From Armatimonadota bacterium (GTDB lineage: Bacteria; Armatimonadota; Fimbriimonadia; Fimbriimonadales; GBS-DC): a DNA stretch of 64,000 nucleotides. The stretch is from the NCBI GenBank assembly GCA_037444405.1, contig JBBIML010000016.1, forward strand, positions 15,875 to 79,874. The letters run 5' to 3'. The position numbers and the translations under genes are program-made. Below are positions 29,511-38,904 of this stretch, one piece after another (the first letter of the stretch is position 1; each line of letters begins with the position of its first letter). The notes beneath the pieces are model-generated. The model did not search any database and had not been told where the DNA came from. It was given only the letters and a program-made list of their open reading frames with translations.

Positions 29511-32066
29511 TCACACCCCCACACACTGGAAGCCCGCCCAGTGATAAGGGTGCGCGAAGGGGCGTTCAGTGGGGTTCTGCGACTCCAGCACGCGACGCAT
29601 CGGCGCAATATCCACCCACGCCAGCCGTTCCTCACGCAGCTCCGCCTCTTTCTGACGAACCAGCGCCAGCGCCTCGCCCGCTGTAAGGTCGCGCAACCAG
29701 AGCTGCGCCTCACGCAACGCCGCACCCTTCGGCTTGCCCACCTCCAGCAACTCATACGCCTTCATCATCAGCAACGCCGTCGACAGGTCGTTCACCGTCC
29801 AAAGGCTGCCGTACACCGTCGGCGCGCCCGCATACAGAAAGCCCACAGGCAGCCCGTAATGCTCGTCGGCTATCTCGCGAAAGTCCACCAGCCCCGTCTC
29901 GCACGCCGACAGCACCACCAGCCACGCCTGCGGCAGATGCACGCCCTCCAGTATCTCGCCCAGCGTCAGCGTATCGCCTGCCAGCTGGAGCGCCGACTCC
30001 AGCGGGTTGTCCAACCGATACTGCCCGTGGCAGGCAAAGTGCAGGTAGCCGCGCCCCTGCAGCCACCGGCGCACCTCCGACTCGGTCGCCTGATCGCGCC
30101 AGAGCATCAGGCAGCGCGCGTTGCCCAGCCGCCGCTCAATCGCCTCGCCCTCCCACTCGGAAGCGGTCAGGTCGCCCGGCGGGTCGGGGTTGACAACGCC
30201 GAGCAGCGTCTCGCGGTTGCGTCCCGCCTGCTCGCGCTCGCAGCAGCGATGGAAGATGGTCAGGCTCGGCGCATAGCGAACCTCGCACTCGTCCATCAGA
30301 TAGCGCCGTGCGCCGTTCTCCTCCCACCAGCAGGCGTGCAGGGGCAGGATCGCCAGCCCCTTGTTCGGCACAATCACCAGCGACCGAACCCTCTTCTGCT
30401 GCAGGCGCGCATGCACGGGCTGCACCAGCTCCTCATACAGTACGCCCAGTGTCGCGTCCATACCCTCCAGCCATCGCTGACGCGCTTGCCCTATCGCCCC
30501 TCTATCTCCCAGCGCAAGCGCTTTTTGATAAGCGTAGTAGCGCGCCACCCAGCCGTCTACCGCCTCCCCATCTTCAAACCGAACCAGTAGCTCATACAGC
30601 CGCTCGGTCGTGAAGTCGGGAACCGACACCACCTCGGTTTGCTCGTCGGGGTAGACCAGGAAGGCGAAACTGCCCTCGTCCGTGACCCGAAACAGCAGCA
30701 GGGTGGATTGGGCTTTCTGGGCAAGCGCGCGGATTTGCGTCAGGTTCAGCGGCTTCGCGTGCGGCAGGAAGTCGGGGTCGTGCTGGCGGATTTGCGCTAC
30801 CAGTTCATCCAGGCGCCGCATCGCCTCCCGCCGTTCCTGCTGGAGCTGCGCCATCCGCTCCTCGCGGGATTGCCCATCGTCAAGTTGCCCATCGCGCCCG
30901 TCGCGGCGCAGCGCGTCCTCCAGCGCGCGGGCGCGGAACAACATCTGCTCGTACTCCGCCACCAGCTCAGGCGGCGCGTTCTGGGGGCGCAAATCGCGCA
31001 GGGTCAGCAGGTCAATCAGCGTGCGGCTCTTGCCCTGCTCGGCGACCTCCAGCGCACGCTCGTAGCGCCCCTCGCGCATCAGGCAGAGAATGAGGTTCTC
31101 GAAGATGTGCAGGTTCTCGCGCATCACCGTTTCGCGCCGTTCGAGGCTGAGCGCTTCCGTGCGCAGCTGCTCCACCTGTTGCACCGCCTCTTCCAGCGCC
31201 TTAATCGCCTCTACCCAGCGTGCCTGCGCCATCAGGAGTTGACCGAGGTTGGAGAGCAGTTTTGCTTTGAGGTCTGGGGCGTCGTAGTTCTGGAGCAGCG
31301 CCTGCGCCTCGCGGTAGGCTTGCTCCGCCTCGTCATACCGACGCAGACTGCGAAGCGCGTTCCCCAGATTGTTGAGGGTCATCGCCACATCGGGGATGTA
31401 GACTTCGGGCTGCTGCTGGGCAAGTTCGCGATATAACGCCAACGCTTCCTGATACGCCGCCACCGCCTCGTCATACCGACGCAGCTCATCAAGCGCAACC
31501 CCCAGATTGGTGAGGGTTCTTGCGACCTCAGGTGTGTAAACTTCGGGCTGCTGCTGGGCAAGTTCGCGATATAACGCCAGCGCCTCTTGATACACCGCCA
31601 CCGCCTCGCCGTACCGACGCGCATGGTAGTAGCCCCTACCCATCAATCCGAAATAGAACGCCACGCAGGGCAGGTCGTTCAGCGCGCGGGCAATCCTCAA
31701 TGACTGCTCACACGCTTGCAGACCCACCTCCCACATCTGCGCTTGCAGCTCAAGCGGGAAATGCTTGAACCTCTCCACAAGCGCCGCTCTCAGAAACAAC
31801 GCGATGAGCCTGACAGTCTGCGCCTCTTCCGTGCGTCCCGCGCTCTGCAGGGCAGGAAGCAGGGCTGCCGCGATTGTGTCCACACTCTGCTCGTCTCTCT
31901 GCTGAAACGCGCGCAGCAGCTGAGCAATCGCCGTTTCGCCCGCCGTGTCCGCCGCCTGAACCGCCTGCTCCAGCAGTGCGGGTTTCTGCAGGGCGATATA
32001 CTGACGGGCGAGTTGCGCCCATCCGTTAGGTTGCCTCATCATGTTGCCGTTCCTCACTGTTCTCAC
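29511..32066 (-). CDS. TPR-repeat / CHAT (caspase-like) protease
   Basis: 46-aa TPR-like repeats, AEQGKSR, catalytic HFACHG and LSACETG, SLWTVND, and PYHWAGF. Confidence 0.92.
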   Translation of the reverse strand: MRTVRNGNMMRQPNGWAQLARQYIALQKPALLEQAVQAADTAGETAIAQLLRAFQQRDEQSVDTIAAALLPALQSAGRTEEAQTVRLIALFLRAALVERFKHFPLELQAQMWEVGLQACEQSLRIARALNDLPCVAFYFGLMGRGYYHARRYGEAVAVYQEALALYRELAQQQPEVYTPEVARTLTNLGVALDELRRYDEAVAAYQEALALYRELAQQQPEVYIPDVAMTLNNLGNALRSLRRYDEAEQAYREAQALLQNYDAPDLKAKLLSNLGQLLMAQARWVEAIKALEEAVQQVEQLRTEALSLERRETVMRENLHIFENLILCLMREGRYERALEVAEQGKSRTLIDLLTLRDLRPQNAPPELVAEYEQMLFRARALEDALRRDGRDGQLDDGQSREERMAQLQQERREAMRRLDELVAQIRQHDPDFLPHAKPLNLTQIRALAQKAQSTLLLFRVTDEGSFAFLVYPDEQTEVVSVPDFTTERLYELLVRFEDGEAVDGWVARYYAYQKALALGDRGAIGQARQRWLEGMDATLGVLYEELVQPVHARLQQKRVRSLVIVPNKGLAILPLHACWWEENGARRYLMDECEVRYAPSLTIFHRCCEREQAGRNRETLLGVVNPDPPGDLTASEWEGEAIERRLGNARCLMLWRDQATESEVRRWLQGRGYLHFACHGQYRLDNPLESALQLAGDTLTLGEILEGVHLPQAWLVVLSACETGLVDFREIADEHYGLPVGFLYAGAPTVYGSLWTVNDLSTALLMMKAYELLEVGKPKGAALREAQLWLRDLTAGEALALVRQKEAELREERLAWVDIAPMRRVLESQNPTERPFAHPYHWAGFQCVGV

Positions 32067-32086
32067 CTTCCTTCTTGCAGTATACC

Positions 32087-33334
32087 CTATCTTCGCCTGA
32101 GCCAGAGGTAGAGCAGCAGGAAGAGGGGCAGGGTGAACCCCAGCATCGCCAGCCGCACCTGCCAGGTCAGCACATCCCCGAACAGATCGGCGACGGAGAT
32201 GACCACGAAGGCGGTTGCCACCAGCGCGATGCGCCGCTCCCAGTGGGTGCTGCGGATGCTGGCGATGGTGAGCAGGCTCTGGAGCGCTCGATCCGCCTGC
32301 TCGCGGGTAATCTGCAGGTAGCGCAGGTCTGCCTCCAGCTGTTCAATCAGGAGCTGGAGTTCACTGGCGAAGAGCCTTTCGGCTTCTGCGCTGCACCCGC
32401 CCCACAGGGGGTCATCAAACAGAAGTTGCAGGTTGCGCAGGCTGATGCGCAGGGTCTGCAGCAGCTCCTCCAGCGTGCTGATAGTTTCGATGAAGTGCAT
32501 CTGCTGGTCGGAGATGCGGGCGCTCAGGGTTTCCAGCTGCTCCAGTTTCAGGCGGGGTTCGGCGCTCTGCTTGAGCAGGCTGTCGATTTCCTGCTCCTGC
32601 CGATGCGCCTGGGCAATCAGGGGTTCATACTGCTGGGCGACGCCGCGCCGCTTGAGCAGGCTCAATATCAGCTGGGGCAGGATGGCATGCAGGAACCGCG
32701 CCGCCCGCTCCCCTGCCGTGTTGTGGTAGAGCAGGATGAAGGTCTCGCGCGTTTCATCGGGCACGGTCGCCAGATAGCCGATGGGGAGCAGGACGCCGTT
32801 TATGGGGGCATCCGTTCCTGCCGCCGCGCAGGGGCGATGGGGGGCAATCTCGGCGCAGAGGGCATGCAGCTCCGCCTCGCTCAGCCCCTCCTGCACTTCG
32901 GCGCAGAGGCAGAGCGCCTCGCCCAGGAAGTTATCGGGCTGTTGGGACGGGCGCCAGAGAGTGGGTTTGGCGAAGGTTTTGGGTTCGGCGTCGCCCTCGA
33001 ACGCCTGCCCCAGCTGGAGGTAGAAGGTGTCGAGCAGAGTGCGCGATTCCAGCTCGCGCAGGACGCCGTTATGTTCGCGCCACTCCACGCTGGCGATGCG
33101 TTCGCTATATGCCGACGCCTGCGGGGAGGCGGAGCGCGGCGCGGGGCATGCGTCAGGGTTCTCACCTGCCCAGCCGAACGCATCCTGTAGCACGCGGTGG
33201 AAGTTTTCAGCGTTCTGCCGCCTCTGCTCCTCGTTGTCGCGGCTGCACCAGCGCAGGTAAAACAGCCACTGGTAAAGGCTCGCGTCGCGCAGGACGGGGC
33301 TACCGCTCCTTTTTCTCCTTGTGCGCCGCTTCAC
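32087..33334 (-). CDS. Hypothetical protein with long coiled coil and two C-terminal TM helices (CorA-like topology, no GMN motif)
   Basis: Soluble N-terminus, heptad-rich middle, and a hydrophobic hairpin ending in RRR. Overlaps the upstream gene. Confidence 0.7.
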   Translation of the reverse strand: MKRRTRRKRSGSPVLRDASLYQWLFYLRWCSRDNEEQRRQNAENFHRVLQDAFGWAGENPDACPAPRSASPQASAYSERIASVEWREHNGVLRELESRTLLDTFYLQLGQAFEGDAEPKTFAKPTLWRPSQQPDNFLGEALCLCAEVQEGLSEAELHALCAEIAPHRPCAAAGTDAPINGVLLPIGYLATVPDETRETFILLYHNTAGERAARFLHAILPQLILSLLKRRGVAQQYEPLIAQAHRQEQEIDSLLKQSAEPRLKLEQLETLSARISDQQMHFIETISTLEELLQTLRISLRNLQLLFDDPLWGGCSAEAERLFASELQLLIEQLEADLRYLQITREQADRALQSLLTIASIRSTHWERRIALVATAFVVISVADLFGDVLTWQVRLAMLGFTLPLFLLLYLWLRRR

Positions 33335-33677
33335 CTTGCGCCCCTCCCGTCTGGCTGGCGGTCGCTAACTGCTGGAAGCGGTTGCGAATCTGGCGTGCCG
33401 TCTCTTTATCGCTGAGCGTGCTTCTGGCAGAGGCGATGATTCGCTCGTGGTATGCGCCCAGCCAGCCCTGCAGCAGCCCCCGTGTGTAGTCGCGCTGTCC
33501 CAGCAGTGTGCAGATAGCATCCGCCGTATGCTCCAGCTCCTCTATGCTCGGTTCTTCGGGAAGATCCCCGACAATCTGGCGGTACTCGGTCAGGAACTCG
33601 TTCCAGCCCTCCCCCAGATTCTGGCGAATGGCGTCCCACTGGCTCTCCAGCAGGTTCAGAATATCCTGCACATGCAT
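33300..33677 (-). CDS. Small helical hypothetical protein, first gene of the CHAT cassette
   Basis: 125-aa ORF with a GAGGTG RBS, co-oriented with and overlapping the next gene. Confidence 0.7.
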   Translation of the reverse strand: MHVQDILNLLESQWDAIRQNLGEGWNEFLTEYRQIVGDLPEEPSIEELEHTADAICTLLGQRDYTRGLLQGWLGAYHERIIASARSTLSDKETARQIRNRFQQLATASQTGGAQGEAAHKEKKER

Positions 33678-33706
33678 GTTCAGATCACCTCTTCTGCGCC
33701 CCTATT

Positions 33707-35086
33707 TTACCACCCATAGCGTTCGGGTCCCCAGTCGCGATAGATGAGTTCCTGCTTGAGCAGCACCAGTTTGCGGCTGGGGATGTCTTCATAGACCACA
33801 ATGCCTGCGCCGACGCAGCTGTACGCGCCAATCTTGACGCCGGGCATGGTGATGACATTCACGCCTGTGCGGGAGAAGTCGCCGAAGTAGGTGCCGTTCG
33901 CGCCGAACTCTGGTCGTTCGCGTCGTCCGCGCACCAGATGCATGGTGTCGCCATCGTCGAACCGCAGGGTGCCGCACACGGTCGCCGCGCCGATGTCCAC
34001 CCGCTGACCCACCACGCCCATAATCTCGCAATAGTGGAACAGGAAGGAGCCGTCGAGCATCACGCCGTCCATTTCGGCGTCGTGCCCCACGATGCAGCCG
34101 TTGCCGATGACGGTCGTGCCGCTGATGAGGCAGTAGTCGCTGATGCGGCTGCGAGCGCCAATCGCGAGGTTGCCCCTGAGAATCGCGCCGTTGGTGATGC
34201 GCGTCTGGCGCCCGATGAAGGCGTTGCCCGCAATCACCACGCGCCTGCCAATCGATGCGCCCTCCTCCACCACGATGCGCCCCTCAATCTCGGCGGAGTC
34301 GTCGATCTGCACCTCTTTGCCGATGCGGTCGGCGTCAAGCTGCTGGGCTTCCCAGTCGAGCCAGCGGGCGTTCGCCTCCCAGATGTGCCACGGCTTGTCG
34401 ATGTCCACCAGGAAGCCGTCGGGTTCGACACAGGGGATGTCGTGCCCCTGTCGGAGCAGCATCGGCAGGCACTCGGCGAGTTCGGCTTCGACGGGCGGCA
34501 TGCCGCCGACAGGCACGCTGGTCATCAGTCCCGGATGGGCGTTCAGCACGGGCGCGATATGCGGGCTGAAGGCGAACAGCCCGCCCGGCCGATGGGTGGT
34601 GTCCGCGCTGTGCCCCTCCACGCTCATCAGGCGCCCCTCGCGCACATAGGCGCCAATCCAGTCGCGTGGGTCATGTTCCTGCAGGTAGGGCTGGGCGACG
34701 ACCGCCGCGATTGCCCCTGTGCGCTGGAAGGTCTCCATCAGGCGGCGAACGGTGCCTGGCGGCGTCGCGATATCGCCATACGCCACGAGGAACGGCTCCT
34801 CGCCGATCAGGGGCAGCGCGCTCTGTAAGGCGTATGCTGTGCCTGCGGGCGGGTTCTGACGGATGAAGGCGACGGGGCAGGGCAGGTCGTGCAGCGACGC
34901 CCGCACGGACGCCTCGAACGCGCCCACCACCACAATCAGCCGCTCGATGCCACCGGCTATCAGGCTCTCGGCGAGGCGGCGCACATTCGGGCGGTTCATC
35001 ACGGGGATGGCAACCTTGTTGCGCACCTCGTTATAGGGCCAGAATCGTCTGCCCTCGCCTGCAGCCATAATCACCGCCGTCTTCAT
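33707..35086 (-). CDS. Sugar-phosphate nucleotidyltransferase with hexapeptide-repeat domain (GlmU-like)
   Basis: AVIMAAGEGRR, GTA, YGD, DIDKPW and a left-handed beta-helix repeat region. Confidence 0.85.
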   Translation of the reverse strand: MKTAVIMAAGEGRRFWPYNEVRNKVAIPVMNRPNVRRLAESLIAGGIERLIVVVGAFEASVRASLHDLPCPVAFIRQNPPAGTAYALQSALPLIGEEPFLVAYGDIATPPGTVRRLMETFQRTGAIAAVVAQPYLQEHDPRDWIGAYVREGRLMSVEGHSADTTHRPGGLFAFSPHIAPVLNAHPGLMTSVPVGGMPPVEAELAECLPMLLRQGHDIPCVEPDGFLVDIDKPWHIWEANARWLDWEAQQLDADRIGKEVQIDDSAEIEGRIVVEEGASIGRRVVIAGNAFIGRQTRITNGAILRGNLAIGARSRISDYCLISGTTVIGNGCIVGHDAEMDGVMLDGSFLFHYCEIMGVVGQRVDIGAATVCGTLRFDDGDTMHLVRGRRERPEFGANGTYFGDFSRTGVNVITMPGVKIGAYSCVGAGIVVYEDIPSRKLVLLKQELIYRDWGPERYGW

Positions 35087-35098
35087 GGGGTGCCCCCT

Positions 35099-35413
35099 TT
35101 ACGGCAAGCGGATTGCGGACTGGTTCTCGCGTGTGGTCTCCAGCGTGCGCACGCGCTCCTGCAGGTTCTCCAGATTGTCCTGCAGGCTCAGGTGATGCTC
35201 CATCGTGGTGCGGCGCAGTGCCTCCATCTCGTTGCGCAGGGCTTGCAACTGTTGCAGGAGCGTTTCGTTATCGGCGCCGAGCCGCTTCATCTGGCGCCGA
35301 TGCTCCAGTATTATTTCCACCAACCCGATGCACCACATGGGCACAAAAATCACGCTGGCGGTGCCCAGCAGTCCCAGTGCGATCCAGCGTGCCAGTTCCA
35401 CCCATTCACCCAT
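35099..35413 (-). CDS. Small single-TM coiled-coil protein
   Basis: N-terminal TM helix, then SLQDNLENLQERVRTLE. Paralog of the adjacent gene. Confidence 0.75.
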   Translation of the reverse strand: MGEWVELARWIALGLLGTASVIFVPMWCIGLVEIILEHRRQMKRLGADNETLLQQLQALRNEMEALRRTTMEHHLSLQDNLENLQERVRTLETTRENQSAIRLP

Positions 35414-35425
35414 TGGGTTCCCCCT

Positions 35426-35731
35426 TCAGAAAGTGCGCAGCTGGGCGCGCTCGCTCAGTTGCTGTTCCAGCGTGCGCACGCGCTCCTGCAGGTTCTCCAG
35501 ATTGTCCTGCAGGCTCATGTCGTACTCGGTGGAGGTACGGCGCAGTTCGGCAAGCTCGCGGCGCAGCGCTTCGATCTGCGCGATCAGCTCCTGGTTCGCC
35601 ACCGCGCGTCGCTCCAGCTCCATCCGCGCCATCTCCTTGCGATGCTTCAGCACCATCGCTGTCACCGGGATAATGACAGCAGGTCCGAAGATAAACAGCA
35701 CAGCGACCAGTCCTGTCAGTTCGCCAATCAT
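35426..35731 (-). CDS. Small single-TM coiled-coil protein
   Basis: MIGELTGLVAVLFIFG..., with the same SLQDNLENLQERVRTLE segment. ATG overlaps the upstream stop. Confidence 0.78.
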   Translation of the reverse strand: MIGELTGLVAVLFIFGPAVIIPVTAMVLKHRKEMARMELERRAVANQELIAQIEALRRELAELRRTSTEYDMSLQDNLENLQERVRTLEQQLSERAQLRTF

Positions 35732-36495
35732 TCTTCGTCCCCCATATAGTATACCTCGCTTTTGTGTGCGCGAGGGTTCACGATTTCGCCGTTGAGTTCC
35801 CAGTCGGTTTCCCAGCGGGACAGGCGCAGGATGCCCACGCCGCGCGCGAAGGGTCTCGCCTGCGCAATCCACACGCGCCCGACGCGCTCTGGCGTCTTGA
35901 GCGGCGTGTGTGAGTGCCCACCGATGATCAGATCCAGCAGCGGGCACGCCTCCGCCAGTTTGCGGTCCTGCCCAACGCCGATGTGGGTGAGCGCAACGAG
36001 CAGGTCGACATCGGGGCGCAGGCGGCTCGCCCACTCCTGCGCGACGCTCAGTGGCGGGTCGAACAGGTACGCGCTGACGGACGCACTGCGCATGTGGGGC
36101 GTAATCATCGGCACGGTCAAGCCGATGATGCCGATGCGCACGCCTGCATGCTCACCCTGCCAGATGGGTTGCACAGGCAGTGGTGTGTCGGGCTGTTTCG
36201 AGCGCAGATTGGCGCACAGCAGCGGGCAGGGCGCGCCCCGCACCTTCGCCAGAAAGCCCGACGGCAAAAAGTGAAACTCACGGTTGCCAATCGTCGCAGC
36301 GTGATAGCCTGCCTGACGCATAAACTCCCACGCCGATTCGGGCTTGAGCGGGATGGCGAGGTTGCCCGCGCGGATGCAGTCGCCCGCGTCGAGCAGCAGC
36401 GCGTTCAGTTGCTCGCGCAGCTGGCGCAGCGCGTCGGCGAACGGCTGGCTCCAGCGACCATGCACATCGTTGGTGTGCAGGATAGTGAGCGTCAT
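35728..36495 (-). CDS. Calcineurin-like metallophosphoesterase (5'-nucleotidase N-terminal type)
   Basis: LHTNDVHG, DAGD, GNRE, THIG and GGHSH. Confidence 0.88.
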   Translation of the reverse strand: MTLTILHTNDVHGRWSQPFADALRQLREQLNALLLDAGDCIRAGNLAIPLKPESAWEFMRQAGYHAATIGNREFHFLPSGFLAKVRGAPCPLLCANLRSKQPDTPLPVQPIWQGEHAGVRIGIIGLTVPMITPHMRSASVSAYLFDPPLSVAQEWASRLRPDVDLLVALTHIGVGQDRKLAEACPLLDLIIGGHSHTPLKTPERVGRVWIAQARPFARGVGILRLSRWETDWELNGEIVNPRAHKSEVYYMGDEE

Positions 36496-37283
36496 CGGCA
36501 GGCTCGCATCCATTCGGCGATCAGCGGGCGCGGGTCGTTCGCGCGCATCAGCGTCTCGCCGACCAGAATCGCCTTCACGCCCGCCTGCTGGAGCGCACGC
36601 ACCTGCTCGGCGGTCTCGATGCCGCTCTCGCTCACCAGCAGGCAATCGGCGGGCACGCGCGGCAGCAGGTCGAAGGTGGTCTGCAGGCTGGTCTCGAAGG
36701 TGTGCAGGTCGCGGTTGTTGACGCCGATGAGCGTGGCGCCGCTGGCGAGGGCGCGCTCCAGCTCGCTGGCGGTATGCACCTCCACAAGCGCGTCCAGCCC
36801 CAGCGATTCGGCAAGCTCGCGCCATTCGCGCAGGGCGGAATCGCTCTCGATGGCAGCCACAATCAGCAGGATGGCGTCGGCGCCCATCACGCGGCTCTCA
36901 TAAATCTGGTAGGGGTCAACGATGAAGTCCTTGCGCAACAGGGGCAGTGGCACCTGCGGACGGATAAGGTTCAGGAACTCCAGTCGCCCACCGAAGAACG
37001 GCTCGTCGGTTAGCACGCTGAGCGCGTCCGCGCCCGCCTCGTGGTAGCGGCGGGCAATCGCGAGCGGGTCGAACTGCGAGCGAATCACGCCTTTGCTGGG
37101 CGAGGCGCGTTTCAGTTCAGCAATCAGCGCGATGGGGTTCGGCGTACGGCGCAGCGCGTTCAGGAACCCGCGCGTGGGCGGCAGGTCGCGCAGCCGCGCC
37201 CGCAGCTCCCGCTCGGGCAGCCGCGCCTGGCAAGCCGCCACCTCCGCCCGCTTCGATTCCAGAATGCGCGTCAGCACCGTCAT
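36492..37283 (-). CDS. trpC: Indole-3-glycerol phosphate synthase
   Basis: IAELKRASPSKG, SVLTD, LRKDF, GVNNRDL and VSESGI. Confidence 0.97.
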   Translation of the reverse strand: MTVLTRILESKRAEVAACQARLPERELRARLRDLPPTRGFLNALRRTPNPIALIAELKRASPSKGVIRSQFDPLAIARRYHEAGADALSVLTDEPFFGGRLEFLNLIRPQVPLPLLRKDFIVDPYQIYESRVMGADAILLIVAAIESDSALREWRELAESLGLDALVEVHTASELERALASGATLIGVNNRDLHTFETSLQTTFDLLPRVPADCLLVSESGIETAEQVRALQQAGVKAILVGETLMRANDPRPLIAEWMRACR

Positions 37284-37406
37284 CGACTGGCGAAAGCATA
37301 CCCGAATCGCACACGAAATAGAGCTGTGAGACGCGCTACCCGCGAAATTAACGACCGAATCGGCGCAAAAACCCCAAAAAGTGGGTCAGGTAGACAAATG
37401 TACCAC

Positions 37407-37435
37407 TTGACAAATGGCTTCGAGCGTGCTATATT
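37407..37435 (+). promoter_or_regulatory. Near-consensus sigma-70 promoter
   Basis: TTGACA-17 bp-TATATT with an extended TG. The direct repeat GACAAATG occurs at 37393 and 37409. Confidence 0.7.
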
Positions 37436-37517
37436 AATTAATATCGGCGGCTTGAAGCCTCCTATCAGGCATGGCTTATGGGCTGCTGAGGTGATTCTGT
37501 CAAACGGAGGGTCAACG

Positions 37518-38849
37518 ATGAAGCGATACAATCGCTGGATTGCTGGAGCGAGCGCCTTTACAATGGTGGCGCTGATAGGCATTTCGTTTGCGCAGCCCGT
37601 CACGGCTCAACCAGCCGAACCTTTCACCCCGTCGATTGTTGTTCAAGAACAAGGTCCCGTTGACCTCAACCTGAGCTGGGAGCTGGTTCCGCGTTCTCCC
37701 ATTAAGTTCACCCCGTTTGACATGGTGGACCCGAATACGGGGAAACCTGTTAGCCCCGATGATTGGATCGAAGTGAACGGTGTCAGAGTCAAGGCAGGCG
37801 AGTTTTATCGCCGTTTGAACGAGATGGAGCGCTGGCTCAACGAGCGTGGTTATTCTCTCCGCACGGACACCTACTTTGAGTACTTCTCTCCAGAGCTGGA
37901 AGCCCAGATCGCCGATTCGGAGCGTCGCCTGCGCGAGTTTGAGGCGCAGATGCCGATAGAAGGCGAGCCCGGGGAAGATCAGTTCTATCCCGCCGCCTGC
38001 GTAGGCGATAGTCGAAGTTTCGACACGGGCTGGTATGGAAACAGCCTGTGGGGGCTTCGCCTGTATGGTTCCGGGAGTTTTCAAGCCTGCTTCCCTGGCT
38101 CAAACGGAACCATTGCTTCGGCAAATGTGAATGGCAATGCTACCTTGCAGGGACGCCTTGCCAACTTCACAGCAAATGTTGCCGAAGCAACTGGAAGTGC
38201 CTCAGCCTCTATTACCAGCAATAGCTGTTTTAACTACAGCTACAATGTGAGCGTCCGTGCCTTTGGAAATCAGGTGTGGGGCCCAAGCGGCTCTGGTAGT
38301 TACTGCGCTCGCTACCAGAACAGCTGGAACTGGCAGATTGCCAGCTTTAACTGGCGTAGTCCAACTATTCGGCTGGGATGCATCTCAATACTCGGTATCC
38401 CCGTCTGTCTGGATGGGCAGGTTGGCGTTAGCGGCTCTGCCTATCTATCAGCAGGGGTCGATATTGGGGTGTTCGCTCAAATCGCTTCTGTGCGCCCCTA
38501 TGGCTCCGCCAGTGGCTGGGCAGCGGCATGGATTGGTGTGAACGCTGGCATAGCCCGTGCAGAAGCGGGTGTGCGCGGCACACTCAACTTCTTCAACGGC
38601 GGCATTGAAGGGCGTGCCATTGGCAATCTCAGTATCGACTCTAACTGCGTGCGCTATAACTTCAATGCCCAGCTTAACGCCTCTATCTCTGCTCTAAGCG
38701 GTCATGTGGAAGCCTTCGCACGCGGCTGCATCTGGTTCTTCGGCTGGCGATGCGTGGAAGGCTCCATTCGCCTCTTTTCCTGGAGCGGTCTGAGCTGGAA
38801 CGGAACCATAGGGCAGTTCTCGCGAACCTACACGATCAACTGCTGGTGA
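37518..38849 (+). CDS. Secreted protein with charged N-terminal region and Cys/Gly/Ser-rich amphipathic beta-strand C-terminal domain
   Basis: GGAGG RBS, signal peptide (SFA-Q), 10 Cys in the C-terminal two thirds, alternating beta patterns. Confidence 0.8.
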   Translation: MKRYNRWIAGASAFTMVALIGISFAQPVTAQPAEPFTPSIVVQEQGPVDLNLSWELVPRSPIKFTPFDMVDPNTGKPVSPDDWIEVNGVRVKAGEFYRRLNEMERWLNERGYSLRTDTYFEYFSPELEAQIADSERRLREFEAQMPIEGEPGEDQFYPAACVGDSRSFDTGWYGNSLWGLRLYGSGSFQACFPGSNGTIASANVNGNATLQGRLANFTANVAEATGSASASITSNSCFNYSYNVSVRAFGNQVWGPSGSGSYCARYQNSWNWQIASFNWRSPTIRLGCISILGIPVCLDGQVGVSGSAYLSAGVDIGVFAQIASVRPYGSASGWAAAWIGVNAGIARAEAGVRGTLNFFNGGIEGRAIGNLSIDSNCVRYNFNAQLNASISALSGHVEAFARGCIWFFGWRCVEGSIRLFSWSGLSWNGTIGQFSRTYTINCW

Positions 38850-38860
38850 ACCTGACTATA

Positions 38861-38890
38861 ACCCTCCCACGGGTTTTCCCGTGGGAGGGT
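38861..38890. promoter_or_regulatory. Strong intercistronic hairpin
   Basis: accctcccacggg-tttt-cccgtgggagggt, a perfect 13-bp stem just before the AAGGAGG RBS of the next gene. Confidence 0.7.
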
Positions 38891-38904
38891 CTAAGGAGGT
38901 TTCC

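Noticed and set aside
37041..37517. N-terminal extension of the 602-aa ORF
   Set aside because: It overlaps trpC antisense and the promoter. The RBS and signal peptide point to ATG 37518.
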